Shown in pieces: positions 45,618 through 56,161 of a stretch of DNA of 64,000 nt. The DNA lies in assembly GCA_963827125.1 (NCBI GenBank), contig CAWHAC010000015.1:31061-95060 (forward strand), given 5' to 3'. This DNA is from an uncultured Verrucomicrobiae bacterium. GTDB taxonomy: Bacteria > Verrucomicrobiota > Verrucomicrobiia > Opitutales > Opitutaceae. Under the pieces are notes generated by a model. It had not been told where the DNA came from. It did not search any database and saw nothing but the letters and a program-made list of their open reading frames with translations. How positions within the stretch are numbered: the first letter of the stretch is position 1; the number at the start of each line of letters is the position of its first letter. The position numbers were made by a program, and so were the translations under genes.

Positions 45618-46793
45618 ATGCACCAAGAGAACAACCACCAACACCGCTTCCGTCGCAATGCCCTCCTCGCCACGATAGCCCTCGGTGTGGGCTCCGCTCT
45701 TCTTCCGGGCTGCGGTCGCGGATCTTCAGTCGGGAATGGCGGGCGTTCGGGTCAGGGTCTGCCGGTTACGGCGGCGGCGGCAAGACGCGGCGACCTCAAC
45801 GTTTATCTCGACGCCATTGGAACGGTGACCCCCGTGTCTACCGTTACCGTGACGAGCCGGGTCGCCGGCGCATTGACCGAGGTCGACTTCCAGGAGGGCC
45901 AGATCCTCAAGAAGGGAGACTTGCTCGCCGTCGTTGACCCCCGGCCTTATCAGGCAGCTGTCCTTCAGGCGGAAGGCCAGTTGGCGCGCGACCAGGCGTT
46001 GCTCAAGAACGCCCGCCTCGACCTGACTCGCTATCAGGAGGCGTACCGAGAGCACGCGATCCCTCAACAACAAGTTGCCACGGCCGAGGCTACAGTGGAG
46101 CAGGACGAGGGTGTCGTCCGGCTGGACCAGGGCACACTCGACGCCGCGGAAGTGAACCTCGACTATACACGCATCGTGTCGCCGATTGACGGGCGGGTCG
46201 GACTGCGGATGGTCGATTCCGGGAACATCGTCCAAGCCAACGGCACGGCAGCCATTGCGACGCTAACCCAGCTGCAACCGATCACAGTGATCTTCACCAT
46301 CGCGGAGGATCACCTGTCCGAGGTGGTCGAACAGATCCGCGGCGGCCAGCCTCTCGGCGTTCTGGCGCTGGATCGCTCCCAGGCGAAGAAGCTCGCCGAG
46401 GGCGCTTTGCTCACGATCGACAACCAGATTGACACGACCACCGGCACGGTGAAGGCGAAAGCGATCTTCCCTAATCTTAAGAATGAGTTGTTCCCAAACC
46501 AGTTTGTTAACGCCCGGCTCCGGCTCAGGACCCTGGAACAGGTGATCATCATCCCAGCGGCCGCCGTTCAGCTCAACGACGCCCAGAGCTTTGTCTATGT
46601 CGTGCGTCCCGACGGCACGGTGCAGTCGCGTGAGGTCAAGGTGACCGCGACTGAAGGCGAATCGACGGCCGTGACCGGCGTCGAGCCCGGCGAGAACCTG
46701 ATCACGGATGGCTTCGATCGTCTGCAGGACGGCATCAAGGTCTCGATTCGGCAGACCGCCGCCGGTTCCACCCGGCCTCCCGGCGCCCCATGA
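45618..46793 (+). CDS. mdtA: RND efflux periplasmic adaptor (MdtA-like)
   Basis: Lipoprotein-like N-terminus (LLPGCG). Also contains VTSRVAGALTEVDFQEGQILKKGDLLAVVDPRPYQAAV, a coiled-coil hairpin, and IVSPIDGRVGLR. Confidence 0.85.
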   Translation: MHQENNHQHRFRRNALLATIALGVGSALLPGCGRGSSVGNGGRSGQGLPVTAAAARRGDLNVYLDAIGTVTPVSTVTVTSRVAGALTEVDFQEGQILKKGDLLAVVDPRPYQAAVLQAEGQLARDQALLKNARLDLTRYQEAYREHAIPQQQVATAEATVEQDEGVVRLDQGTLDAAEVNLDYTRIVSPIDGRVGLRMVDSGNIVQANGTAAIATLTQLQPITVIFTIAEDHLSEVVEQIRGGQPLGVLALDRSQAKKLAEGALLTIDNQIDTTTGTVKAKAIFPNLKNELFPNQFVNARLRLRTLEQVIIIPAAAVQLNDAQSFVYVVRPDGTVQSREVKVTATEGESTAVTGVEPGENLITDGFDRLQDGIKVSIRQTAAGSTRPPGAP

Positions 46794-49700
46794 ATCCGTC
46801 CCGCCCCTTCATCCTCCGGCCCATCGCCACTTCGCTGTTGATGACCGCCATCCTGCTGGTGGGTCTGCTGGGCTTCCATGAGCTTCCGATCGCGGCGCTG
46901 CCCGAGGTGGATTATCCCACGATGCAGGTGGTGACGTTTTATCCCGGCGCCAATCCCGAGGTGGTGGCCTCGGCGGTCACGGCTCCGCTCGAACGCCAGT
47001 TGGGGCAGGTCCCCGGTCTGAACCAGATGCTTTCGACGAGCTCGGAGGGGGCCTCGGTGATCACCCTTCAGTTCAGCCTCAACCTTAACATCGACGTGGC
47101 GGAGCAGGAAGTGCAGGAGGCGATCAATGCTGCCCAAACTTACCTGCCCGCCAGCCTTCCGGCGCCGCCAATCTACAACAAGGTCAATCCGGCCGACGCC
47201 CCGATTTTGACCCTCGCCCTGACGTCGGACTCAATTCCGCTTTCCAAAGTCGAGGACTACGCCGACACCCGCCTGGCGGAGAAAATCTCCCAGCTTCCTG
47301 GCGTCGGCGCCGTGACGATCAGCGGCGGGCAGAAACCCGCGGTCCGGGTGCAGGTCAACCCGATCCAGCTTGCCAGCTATCGGCTGGGCATCGAGGACGT
47401 TCGCGCGGCGCTGACGGCGGCCAGCCTCGACGCCGCCAAGGGAAGCTTCGACGGGCCGGACAAGAATTACCAGATCGACGCCAACGACCAGATCACAACC
47501 AGCGCCGCCTATCGCAATCTGGTCATCGCCTACCGCAACAGAGCGCCGGTCATGCTGAAGGACGTGGCCCACGTCGTGGACGGGATCGAAAACGTCCAGC
47601 AGGCCGCCTGGATGAACCGCACTCCGGCCGTGATCGTGAACATCCAGCGGCAGCCCGGCGCGAACATCATCGGCGTCGTGGACCGGATCAAGGCGCTCCT
47701 GCCCAAGCTGCGCTCGACCATCCCGTCGGCGATCACGATGACCGTCCTGTCCGACCGGACCATCACGGTCCGCGCCTCCGTGTCCGACGTCGAGTTCGAG
47801 TTGATGATCTGCATCGCGCTCGTCGTGGCGGTGATCTTCCTGTTCCTGCGCACGGCCGCCGGAACGCTCATTCCAAGCGTCGCGGTGCCCCTTTCGCTCA
47901 TCGGCACCTTTGCGGTCATGTACGCCCTGGGCTACAGCCTGAATAATCTGACGCTCATGGCGCTCACGATCTCGACCGGGTTCGTCGTCGACGACGCGAT
48001 CGTCATGATCGAAAACATTTCGCGCTATGTTGAGCAGGGGGAAGCGCCCCTCGCGGCGGCGCTCAAGGGCGCGGAGCAGATCGGCTTCACGATCATGTCG
48101 CTGACGGTCTCGCTGATCGCAGTCCTGATCCCGCTCCTCCTCATGGGCGACATCACCGGCCGCCTGTTCCGGGAATTTGCGATCACCCTCAGCGTGACGA
48201 TCCTGATCTCGGCGGCGGTCTCGCTGACCCTGACCCCGATGCTTTGCTCGCGGCTCCTGCGGCATCGCAAGGCCGCCGAGCAGGGGCGGTTCTATCAGGC
48301 TTCCGAGCGGGTGTTCGAGCGCACGATCGGCTTTTATCGCCGCACGCTTCAATGGGTCCTGCGCCATCAACCGCTCACCCTCGTCGTCGCCGCGGCAACG
48401 CTGGCCCTCACCTTCCTGCTTTTCGCCTGGATTCCCAAGGGGTTCTTTCCCGTGCAGGACGACGGCGAAATTCAGGGCGTCTCGGAAGCCGACCAGGACG
48501 TTTCGTTCACCCGGATGGCGCAATTACAGCAACGCCTGGCCGCGGTGATTTTGGAGGATCCGGCGGTCGAGAGCCTCTCGTCGTTCATCGGCGTCGACGG
48601 GACGAACACGACCCTCAATGCCGGACGGATCCAAATCAACCTCAAGCCCCTCGCCGATCGGGGTATTTCCGCCTCGGAGGTGATCCGGCGGCTGCAGCCT
48701 GCGTTGGCGAAAGTGGCGGGGATCACGCTCTACATGCAGCCAGTCCAGGACATCTCGGTCGAGGATATCGTCAGCCGCACCGAATATCAGTACAGTCTGG
48801 AGGATCCGGATGCAGGCGAGCTGTCACGTTACGCCGTCAAATTCGTTGACCGGCTGAAGCGCCTGTCCGAGCTCGCGGACGTGGCGAGCGACCTGCAGAC
48901 GAGGGGCCGGCAGTTGCAACTCCACTTTGACCGCGCCACCGCCGCACGTCTTGGTGTCACGCCGCAGAACATCGACGACGCCCTGTACGACAGCTTTGGC
49001 CAGCGGCAGGTGTCGACCGTGTTCACCCAACTGAACCAATACCACATCATCCTGGAGGTGGATCCGGCCTTCCAGACGGGTCCGGAAAAACTGAACAACA
49101 TCTACCTCAAGTCCGCCTCGGGCGGCAGCGTGCCCCTCGGAGCCATCACGCACGGGACAGACCGGACGGCCCCAACCCTCATCAGTCACATGGGGCAATT
49201 TCCGGCCACCACGGTGTCATTCAACCTCGCTCCTGGAGTTTCATTGGGCGCGGCGGTCAAAGCCATCCGCAAGGTGATCGCGGACATGCAGCCACCGCCA
49301 GCCATGCAGGGCTCTTTCCAGGGCACGGCCCAAGCCTTTGTCGGTTCCCTCACCAACGAGTGGGTCCTGATCCTCGGCGCCATCATCACGGTCTACATCG
49401 TCCTCGGGGTCCTCTATGAAAGCTATATCCACCCGGTGACGATCTTGTCCACGCTGCCGTCCGCGGGTGTTGGCGCGCTCCTCGGGTTGCTCGTCTGCGG
49501 GGCTGAGCTGACCGTTGTCGCGATCATCGGCATCGTGCTGCTGATTGGCATCGTCCAGAAGAACGCGATCATGATGATCGACTTTGCGCTCGACGCCCAG
49601 CGCCGCGAGGGCAAGAGCGCCGACGAAGCCATCTTCCAGGCGTGCCTGCTCCGGTTTCGCCCGATCATCATGACCACGATGGCTGCGATGCTTGGCGCGG

Positions 49701-49918
49701 TCCCTCTCGCTCTGGGGCAGGGCATCGGCTCGGAGCTGCGGCGGCCGCTCGGCATCGCGATCATCGGCGGTCTGATTTTCAGCCAGATGCTGACGCTCTA
49801 CACCACGCCGGTCATCTATCTTTTCTTCGACCGCCTGGCGACCCGCCTCGCCGCCCGCCGACGCGCTCCGGCGCCGGAAGGATTGAAACCCGGTCTGGCT
49901 GTAAAAGCGTTGTCATGA
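46790..49918 (+). CDS. mdtB: RND multidrug efflux permease, MdtB-like
   Basis: FILRPIATSLLMTAILLVGLLGFHELPIAALPEVDYPTMQVVTFYPGANPEVVASAVTAPLERQ closely parallels the E. coli MdtB N-terminus. 12-TM RND layout. Confidence 0.9.
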   Translation: MNPSRPFILRPIATSLLMTAILLVGLLGFHELPIAALPEVDYPTMQVVTFYPGANPEVVASAVTAPLERQLGQVPGLNQMLSTSSEGASVITLQFSLNLNIDVAEQEVQEAINAAQTYLPASLPAPPIYNKVNPADAPILTLALTSDSIPLSKVEDYADTRLAEKISQLPGVGAVTISGGQKPAVRVQVNPIQLASYRLGIEDVRAALTAASLDAAKGSFDGPDKNYQIDANDQITTSAAYRNLVIAYRNRAPVMLKDVAHVVDGIENVQQAAWMNRTPAVIVNIQRQPGANIIGVVDRIKALLPKLRSTIPSAITMTVLSDRTITVRASVSDVEFELMICIALVVAVIFLFLRTAAGTLIPSVAVPLSLIGTFAVMYALGYSLNNLTLMALTISTGFVVDDAIVMIENISRYVEQGEAPLAAALKGAEQIGFTIMSLTVSLIAVLIPLLLMGDITGRLFREFAITLSVTILISAAVSLTLTPMLCSRLLRHRKAAEQGRFYQASERVFERTIGFYRRTLQWVLRHQPLTLVVAAATLALTFLLFAWIPKGFFPVQDDGEIQGVSEADQDVSFTRMAQLQQRLAAVILEDPAVESLSSFIGVDGTNTTLNAGRIQINLKPLADRGISASEVIRRLQPALAKVAGITLYMQPVQDISVEDIVSRTEYQYSLEDPDAGELSRYAVKFVDRLKRLSELADVASDLQTRGRQLQLHFDRATAARLGVTPQNIDDALYDSFGQRQVSTVFTQLNQYHIILEVDPAFQTGPEKLNNIYLKSASGGSVPLGAITHGTDRTAPTLISHMGQFPATTVSFNLAPGVSLGAAVKAIRKVIADMQPPPAMQGSFQGTAQAFVGSLTNEWVLILGAIITVYIVLGVLYESYIHPVTILSTLPSAGVGALLGLLVCGAELTVVAIIGIVLLIGIVQKNAIMMIDFALDAQRREGKSADEAIFQACLLRFRPIIMTTMAAMLGAVPLALGQGIGSELRRPLGIAIIGGLIFSQMLTLYTTPVIYLFFDRLATRLAARRRAPAPEGLKPGLAVKALS

Positions 49919-52900
49919 GCCTGTCCTCGCCCTTCATCCGGCGGCCCATCGCGACGACGCTCCTCACCGCCGCCGTCGCTTTGTCGGGCATTGTAGCGTT
50001 CCGGTTTCTTCCGGTGTCGCCGCTGCCCCAGGTCGATTTTCCCACGATCTCGGTCTCGGCCTCTCTCCCGGGAGCGAGCCCCGAGATCATGGCTTCGTCG
50101 GTGGCGACACCCCTGGAACGGGCTTTTGGCCGGATCGCCGGCGTTGCGGAAATGACGGCGACAAGCACGCTCGGCCAGACCAGCGTCACCCTGCAATTTG
50201 ATCTCAGCCGCAATATCGACGCCGCCGCGCGGGACGTCGAGGCGGCGATCAACGCGGCCCGCAGCTATCTGCCGACAGACCTCCCGGCCAATCCCACCTA
50301 TCGCAAGGTGAATCCGGCGGACGCTCCCATCATGATCATCGCCCTGACGTCGGACACCCTGCCGACCTCCGTCCTGTACGACACGGCGTCGACGGTGCTG
50401 GCCCAGCGGCTTTCGCAAATCCAGGGCGTCGGGCAGGTGTTTGTCGGCGGCAGCTCTTCGCCGGCCGTGCGGATCGACGTCAATCCGACCCAGCTCAACA
50501 GCTACGGACTGCAGCTTGATGACGTCCGCGTCGCGGTGGCGGCCCAGACCGTGGACCAGGCGAAGGGGAGCCTGGCGGATTCCAAGCGACGGTGGTCGAT
50601 TGGCGCCGACGACCAGTTGATGAAGGCGGCGGATTATCGGCCGATCATCGTCAGCTACCGGAGCGGATCGGCCGTCCATCTCTCTGACGTCGCGGCGGTG
50701 AAAGACTCGGTCCAGACTGTGCGTTCGCTCGGTCTGGCCAACGGCAAGCCTGGGGCTTCGCTCATTGTTTTCCGCCAGCCGGGCGCCAACATCATCGACA
50801 CGGTCGACGGCATCCGGGCGGCTCTCCCGCAGCTGCGCGCGGCAATGAACCGCCGGATTGATCTGACTGTAGCCCTGGACCAGACCGTGACGATCCGCGC
50901 CTCGGTGCGGGATGTCGAGCGTTCGCTCCTTATCTCGGTCGTGCTCGTTGTGCTGGTCGTGTTTGTCTTCTTGCGTGAGGTCCGGTCCACCCTGATCCCG
51001 AGCGTCGCGGTCCCGGTTTCCCTCATCGGGACCCTGGGGGTCATGTATTTTCTCGGCTACAGCATCGACAATCTTTCGCTCATGGCGCTGACGATTTCCA
51101 CGGGGTTCGTGGTCGACGACGCCATCGTCGTCCTCGAAAACATCACCCGCTACCGGGAGCATGGCATGGGCCCGATGGAAGCCGCGCTGACGGGCGCCGC
51201 TGAAATTGGTTCCACGGTTCTCACCATGAGCATTTCGCTCGTGGCCGTCTTCACGCCGATTCTCCTCATGGGGGGCATCGTGGGCCGGCTCTTCCGCGAG
51301 TTTGCGGTGGTGCTCTCGGTCACGATCCTCGTATCGCTGGTGACGTCGCTCACGGCCACGCCGATGATGTGCTCCCGGCTCCGAAGCAGCAAGAAGGGCC
51401 ACGGCTGGGTATATAAGCTGAACGGAAAGGCCTTCAACGCGACGCTCAAGGCCTATGAACGCGCCCTGACCTGGGTGCTGAGGCACTCCCTGCTCGTCCT
51501 CATAATCGCGATCCTGACGCTTGGCCTCAATATCTACCTCTGGGGGATCGTGCCGAAGGGGTACTTTCCGCAGCAGGACACCGGGCGGATCATGGGCAGC
51601 ATTCTGGGCGATCAGGAGACGTCGTTCCAGGCAATGTCTGAGCGGATCAAGCAACTGCTAAAGATCGTGCAGTCGGATCCGGGGGTCGACACAGTTATTG
51701 GCTTCTCGGGCGGCGGCAGCGGGACGACGATCAACAACGGACGGGTCTTCATTTCCCTGAAGCCGCTGAACCAGAGAAAGGCTACCGCCGATCAGATCAT
51801 CAACCGGCTCCGGCCGAAGCTCGCGACTGTGCCGGGCGCCACGTTGTACATGCAGGCAGTCCAGGACGTCCGGATTGGCGGCCGGATGGCTCCGGCGCAA
51901 TTCCAGTACACAATCCAGAGCGACAATCTCGCGGACCTGACCCATTGGGGCCCAACGCTGCTCAAGGCCATGCGGCGGATTCCCCAGCTCACCAACGTCA
52001 ACACGGACGCCCAGAACAACGGTCTCGCCGCCAATCTCGTCATCGACCGCGCCACGGCCGCGCGGCTTGGCATCACGGCACAGACGATCGACAACATCCT
52101 CTACGACGCTTTTGGTGAGCGGGAGATCGCCACACGATACACCCCCATCAACCAGTACTACGTCGTCATGGAGGTCACCACGGAATACTGGCAGAATCCG
52201 ACGGCGCTCTCCAGCGTCTACGTTTCGTCCGCTGGCGGCGGGATGGTCCCCCTGTCGGCGTTCACCCATTTCCAGGCCGTTAATGCGGCTCTGGCCGTCA
52301 ACCATTCCGGCGTGTTCCCGTCGGCTACCATTTCCTTCAACCTGGCGCCCCGGGTCGCACTGGGGGATGCGGTCACGGCGATCAATGCTGCGGAGCGGAG
52401 CCTGGGGATGCCAACCACGATCACCGGCGCCTTCAGCGGCACGGCCCAGGCGTTCGCGGCGTCCCTTTCGAGCGAACCTCTCCTGATCGTGGCGGCTCTG
52501 GGTGCAGTCTACATCGTCCTGGGCATGCTCTACGAAAGCTATATCCATCCAATCACGATCCTGTCGACCCTGCCGTCCGCGGGGGTCGGCGCGCTGCTCG
52601 CCCTCCTGATCACGCATACTGAGATGAGCCTGATCGCGCTGATCGGCATCATCCTCCTGATCGGCCTGGTGAAGAAGAACGCGATCATGATGATCGACTT
52701 CGCGCTGCAAGTGGAGCGACGCGATGGCGTCCGTCCGCGCGAGGCGATCTTCCGGGCCTCCATCCTGCGCTTCCGCCCGATCATGATGACCACCATGGCG
52801 GCGCTGCTCGGCGGTCTTCCGCTCGCGCTGGGCACGGGCATGGGCGCGGAGCTTCGACGGCCGCTCGGAATCACGATCGTCGGCGGGCTGATCGTCAGCC

Positions 52901-53043
52901 AGGCCATGACGCTGTTCACCACGCCGGTCATTTATCTTTATATGGATCGTCTGAATAACTGGTTGACCCGCGTGACCCGGCTGGGAATGGCCCAGCCGCA
53001 CGCGTCCAGCGCGCCCGCGCCGGTCGCGGATTCCGTTCGTTGA
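49915..53043 (+). CDS. mdtC: RND multidrug efflux permease, MdtC-like
   Basis: MSLSSPFIRRPIATTLLTAAVALSGIVAFRFLPVSPLPQVDFPTISVSASLPGASPEIMASSVATPLER parallels MdtC. The ATG overlaps the mdtB stop (ATGA). Confidence 0.9.
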   Translation: MSLSSPFIRRPIATTLLTAAVALSGIVAFRFLPVSPLPQVDFPTISVSASLPGASPEIMASSVATPLERAFGRIAGVAEMTATSTLGQTSVTLQFDLSRNIDAAARDVEAAINAARSYLPTDLPANPTYRKVNPADAPIMIIALTSDTLPTSVLYDTASTVLAQRLSQIQGVGQVFVGGSSSPAVRIDVNPTQLNSYGLQLDDVRVAVAAQTVDQAKGSLADSKRRWSIGADDQLMKAADYRPIIVSYRSGSAVHLSDVAAVKDSVQTVRSLGLANGKPGASLIVFRQPGANIIDTVDGIRAALPQLRAAMNRRIDLTVALDQTVTIRASVRDVERSLLISVVLVVLVVFVFLREVRSTLIPSVAVPVSLIGTLGVMYFLGYSIDNLSLMALTISTGFVVDDAIVVLENITRYREHGMGPMEAALTGAAEIGSTVLTMSISLVAVFTPILLMGGIVGRLFREFAVVLSVTILVSLVTSLTATPMMCSRLRSSKKGHGWVYKLNGKAFNATLKAYERALTWVLRHSLLVLIIAILTLGLNIYLWGIVPKGYFPQQDTGRIMGSILGDQETSFQAMSERIKQLLKIVQSDPGVDTVIGFSGGGSGTTINNGRVFISLKPLNQRKATADQIINRLRPKLATVPGATLYMQAVQDVRIGGRMAPAQFQYTIQSDNLADLTHWGPTLLKAMRRIPQLTNVNTDAQNNGLAANLVIDRATAARLGITAQTIDNILYDAFGEREIATRYTPINQYYVVMEVTTEYWQNPTALSSVYVSSAGGGMVPLSAFTHFQAVNAALAVNHSGVFPSATISFNLAPRVALGDAVTAINAAERSLGMPTTITGAFSGTAQAFAASLSSEPLLIVAALGAVYIVLGMLYESYIHPITILSTLPSAGVGALLALLITHTEMSLIALIGIILLIGLVKKNAIMMIDFALQVERRDGVRPREAIFRASILRFRPIMMTTMAALLGGLPLALGTGMGAELRRPLGITIVGGLIVSQAMTLFTTPVIYLYMDRLNNWLTRVTRLGMAQPHASSAPAPVADSVR

Positions 53044-53067
53044 GCGGGCAATGTCTTAGGTTATCGC

Positions 53068-54714
53068 ATGAAGACACTACCTTTTCACCAATCTCCGACG
53101 GAGTTGGCACGACCGGACCATTTTAAGTGTGGGACATCCGGGATGGCCGCACTGCTTCTTGCCGCTGCCTTGGCCCTGCTCTGCGCCTCGTGCAATTTAG
53201 CCCCGAAATATCAACGACCGCCGGCGACCGTCCCCGTGGCCTTCAAAGAGGCGTCATCTACCGCAAACGCGGACGCGGCGGGATGGAAGCCGGCCAATCC
53301 GAGCGACGATGCGGTCCGGTCCGACTGGTGGGAGCTCTACGGTGATTCAGAGCTGAATGCCCTTGAACAACAGGTTAAGATTTCCAACCAGACGATTCGG
53401 GCGGCCGAGGCGAACTTCCGGGTATCGCGCGCCCTGGTTGTGGCGGCCCAGGCCTCGCTCTTTCCCACTGTCACGGCCTCGCCCGCAGTGACGCGTTCCC
53501 GTTCCTCCCAAACCTACTCATCGTCTGGAACCGGAGGCGGATCGGGCGCCGTCGTCAATCAATTCAACTTCCCGCTCGACGCCTCCTACACGATCGACCT
53601 TTGGGGCCGCATCCGGAATTCCGTCGCGGCCAGCGAATTCTCGGCGCAGGCGAGTGCGGCCGACCTGGCCACCGCCGTGCTCAGCACCCAGGTCGCACTG
53701 GCGGAGGATTACTTCGAGCTCCGCGCCGTCGACGAGCAGCGCCGCATCCTCACGGAGACCGTGGCGTCGTACCGGCAGACGCTCAATCTGGTCACTTCGC
53801 TGCTGAAGAACGGCATTGATTCCGAGGAAGACCTCGCCATCGCCCAGGCGCAGTATGACACCGTGGTCGCCCAGGCGACCGATGTCGGGGTTTCCCGCGC
53901 GCAATACGAGCATGCGATCGCCGTTCTCATCGGGAAACCGCCCGCCGCGCTCTCCATTCCGGCGACCGCGTTCCATCCGAACGTGCCTGCAATTCCGCCG
54001 GGGATTCCCTCCGAATTGCTGGAGCGGCGGCCGGACATCGCCGCCGCAGAGCGGCAGGTCGCCGCGGCCAACGCCCAGATCGGGGTGGCGCGCACGGCCT
54101 ATTTTCCGAACCTGACACTGAACGCCGCCGGCGGGTACGAATCGTCGACCTTCTCCCGCTGGTTCGAGTGGCCGAGCCGGCTCTGGTCGGTCGGGCCCGA
54201 GGTGGGCGCGACGATCCTCTCGGTCGGGTCGCTGCGGGCCGTGAACGACGAGGCCAAGGCCGCCTACGACCAGGCTGTGGCGAACTACCGGCAGACCGTT
54301 CTTACGGCGTTCCAGACGGTCGAGGACAACCTGGCGGCGCTCCGGATCCTGGCCGTCGAGGAAAAACAGGAGCAGACGGCGGTGGCTTCGGCCGAGCACT
54401 ATCTCGCGCTTGCTCAAACCCGCTTCAAGGCCGGCATCGACAGCTCGCTCAACGTGGCGACAGCGCAGAACGCGGTGCTGACCAATCGCGAGAACTGGGT
54501 CCAGGTCCAGCTCCGCGAGGTCAATGCGAGCATCGCTCTTATCATGGCGCTTGGCGGCGGTTGGGACACGTCCCAGCTTCCGCGCATGAAGGAACTCGTG
54601 GCCCGGCCGCCGAAATGGTCTCCAGCCAAGGCGTCGGACGTTTCCGCGCCCGAGCCTGTCGCACCCGCCAATCCACCGCCGGTCGCCCAGGGGGGCGATG
54701 CGCCTGGAACCTGA
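53068..54714 (+). CDS. Efflux outer-membrane factor lipoprotein (NodT/OprM family)
   Basis: Contains ...LLCASCNLAPKYQRP, DWWELYGDSELNALE and LFPTV, with two OEP repeats. An alternative start is MAALLL at 53143. Confidence 0.85.
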   Translation: MKTLPFHQSPTELARPDHFKCGTSGMAALLLAAALALLCASCNLAPKYQRPPATVPVAFKEASSTANADAAGWKPANPSDDAVRSDWWELYGDSELNALEQQVKISNQTIRAAEANFRVSRALVVAAQASLFPTVTASPAVTRSRSSQTYSSSGTGGGSGAVVNQFNFPLDASYTIDLWGRIRNSVAASEFSAQASAADLATAVLSTQVALAEDYFELRAVDEQRRILTETVASYRQTLNLVTSLLKNGIDSEEDLAIAQAQYDTVVAQATDVGVSRAQYEHAIAVLIGKPPAALSIPATAFHPNVPAIPPGIPSELLERRPDIAAAERQVAAANAQIGVARTAYFPNLTLNAAGGYESSTFSRWFEWPSRLWSVGPEVGATILSVGSLRAVNDEAKAAYDQAVANYRQTVLTAFQTVEDNLAALRILAVEEKQEQTAVASAEHYLALAQTRFKAGIDSSLNVATAQNAVLTNRENWVQVQLREVNASIALIMALGGGWDTSQLPRMKELVARPPKWSPAKASDVSAPEPVAPANPPPVAQGGDAPGT

Positions 54715-54777
54715 GCAGACCTGCGGGTTCTGCTGCCCCGGCTTGCCCGGGCTTTTGTCCGCTGAATCGAGGCAATC

Positions 54778-54963
54778 TCAAAGAAAACGGCGCCGGCTCC
54801 GCCATTTTGTAACGTATTGCGTGACATCAACGGTGTGGTGGACCGCGGCAGCAAACTCGTGACGATCGATCAAACTTAGGATCTGGCTAAACAGGCTGGC
54901 ACATCTTGCCTCGTGCCCGGCCGCGTTGGTGCGGGTGGTAGTTTCGTTTTTCATGCACCGCAA
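54778..54963 (-). pseudogene. Relic of an IS4-type transposase N-terminus (DUF4372-like), truncated after about 55 aa
   Basis: ASLFSQILSLIDRHEFAAAVHHT..QYVTKW resembles the tvFsQLl.llpr.eFdrlV...yvk.f.cW start of DUF4372-containing IS4-family transposases. Nothing follows it. This rests on my recognition only. Confidence 0.4.
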
Positions 54964-55103
54964 CCCTCACTCCTCCGCCACCGCGCGGCGCCATTTCCTT
55001 CAGCGCTGTTTTGGACAGTGATGCTGCCCGCCCAACAGCCGCGCATCCGCACGTCTCAAAGCAGACTCGCCAATCCCGGGCCTTCCCGTTCAGTCTACGG
55101 CCC

Positions 55104-56030
55104 ATGCGCATCCTCGTAACCGGCGGCGCCGGATTCCTCGGCAGCCATCTCTGCGACCGGCTGATCAGCGACGGCAACAACGTCATCTGCCTGGACAACC
55201 TGTTCACCGGCCGGAGGGAGAACATCGTCCATTTGCTGTCCAATCCGCGGTTTGAATTCATGCGGCACGATGTGGTCGATCCTTTCAAGGTCGAGGTCGA
55301 TCAGATCTACAACCTCGCCTGTCCGGCGTCCCCGGTGCATTACCAGTACAATCCGATCAAGACGGTGAAGACCTCGGTCATGGGCGCGATCAACTGCCTG
55401 GGTCTCGCCAAGCGGGTCAAGGCGCGCGTGTTGCAGGCGTCGACATCCGAGGTGTACGGGGATCCCCAGGTGCATCCGCAGCCGGAAACCTATTGGGGAC
55501 ACGTCAACCCGGTCGGCCGCCGGTCGTGTTATGACGAAGGCAAACGCTGCGCGGAGACGCTGTTCTTCAACTATCATTGGGAGAATCGGGTGGACATCCG
55601 GGTGGCCCGGATTTTCAACACCTACGGGCCGCGGATGCTGGCCAGCGACGGCCGCGTGGTTTCCAATTTCGTTGTCCAGGCCCTCCGCGGCGAGGATCTC
55701 ACGGTCTACGGCGATGGTGAACAGACACGCTCCTTCTGCTATGTGGATGACATGATCGAGGCGCTCTGCCGCTTCATGAATCAGACGGAGACGGTCGGGC
55801 CGCTCAATCTTGGCAATCCCGACGAATTCACGATGCTGCAGCTCGCGGAACTCACGGTGAAGCTCGTTGGCGGAAGATCGAAGATCGTGCACAAGCCGCT
55901 GCCGTCCGACGATCCGAAGCAGCGCCGGCCCGACATTGCGCTCGCCCGCCGCGCGCTGAAATGGGAGCCGGCCGTCGCGATCGAGGAAGGTCTGAAGCAG
56001 ACCATCGCCTTTTTCCGTGGCCGGGTGTGA
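55104..56030 (+). CDS. uxs: UDP-glucuronate decarboxylase (UDP-xylose synthase), SDR family
   Basis: [37 protein letters not shown] and YDEGKRCAE (YxxxK) are typical UXS motifs. Confidence 0.9.
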   Translation: MRILVTGGAGFLGSHLCDRLISDGNNVICLDNLFTGRRENIVHLLSNPRFEFMRHDVVDPFKVEVDQIYNLACPASPVHYQYNPIKTVKTSVMGAINCLGLAKRVKARVLQASTSEVYGDPQVHPQPETYWGHVNPVGRRSCYDEGKRCAETLFFNYHWENRVDIRVARIFNTYGPRMLASDGRVVSNFVVQALRGEDLTVYGDGEQTRSFCYVDDMIEALCRFMNQTETVGPLNLGNPDEFTMLQLAELTVKLVGGRSKIVHKPLPSDDPKQRRPDIALARRALKWEPAVAIEEGLKQTIAFFRGRV

Positions 56031-56161
56031 ACGAGAGCAGGGCGAAAAGGCGCGGCCCGGCGGGAGCCCCGCCCTCCGCGCTGCTGCGGCTTCTCCATGC
56101 TGCTGCTGCGACGCCGCCGCCCGTCGTGGCATCGGGCATCCACCTGCCGGCTGCAGATCCG

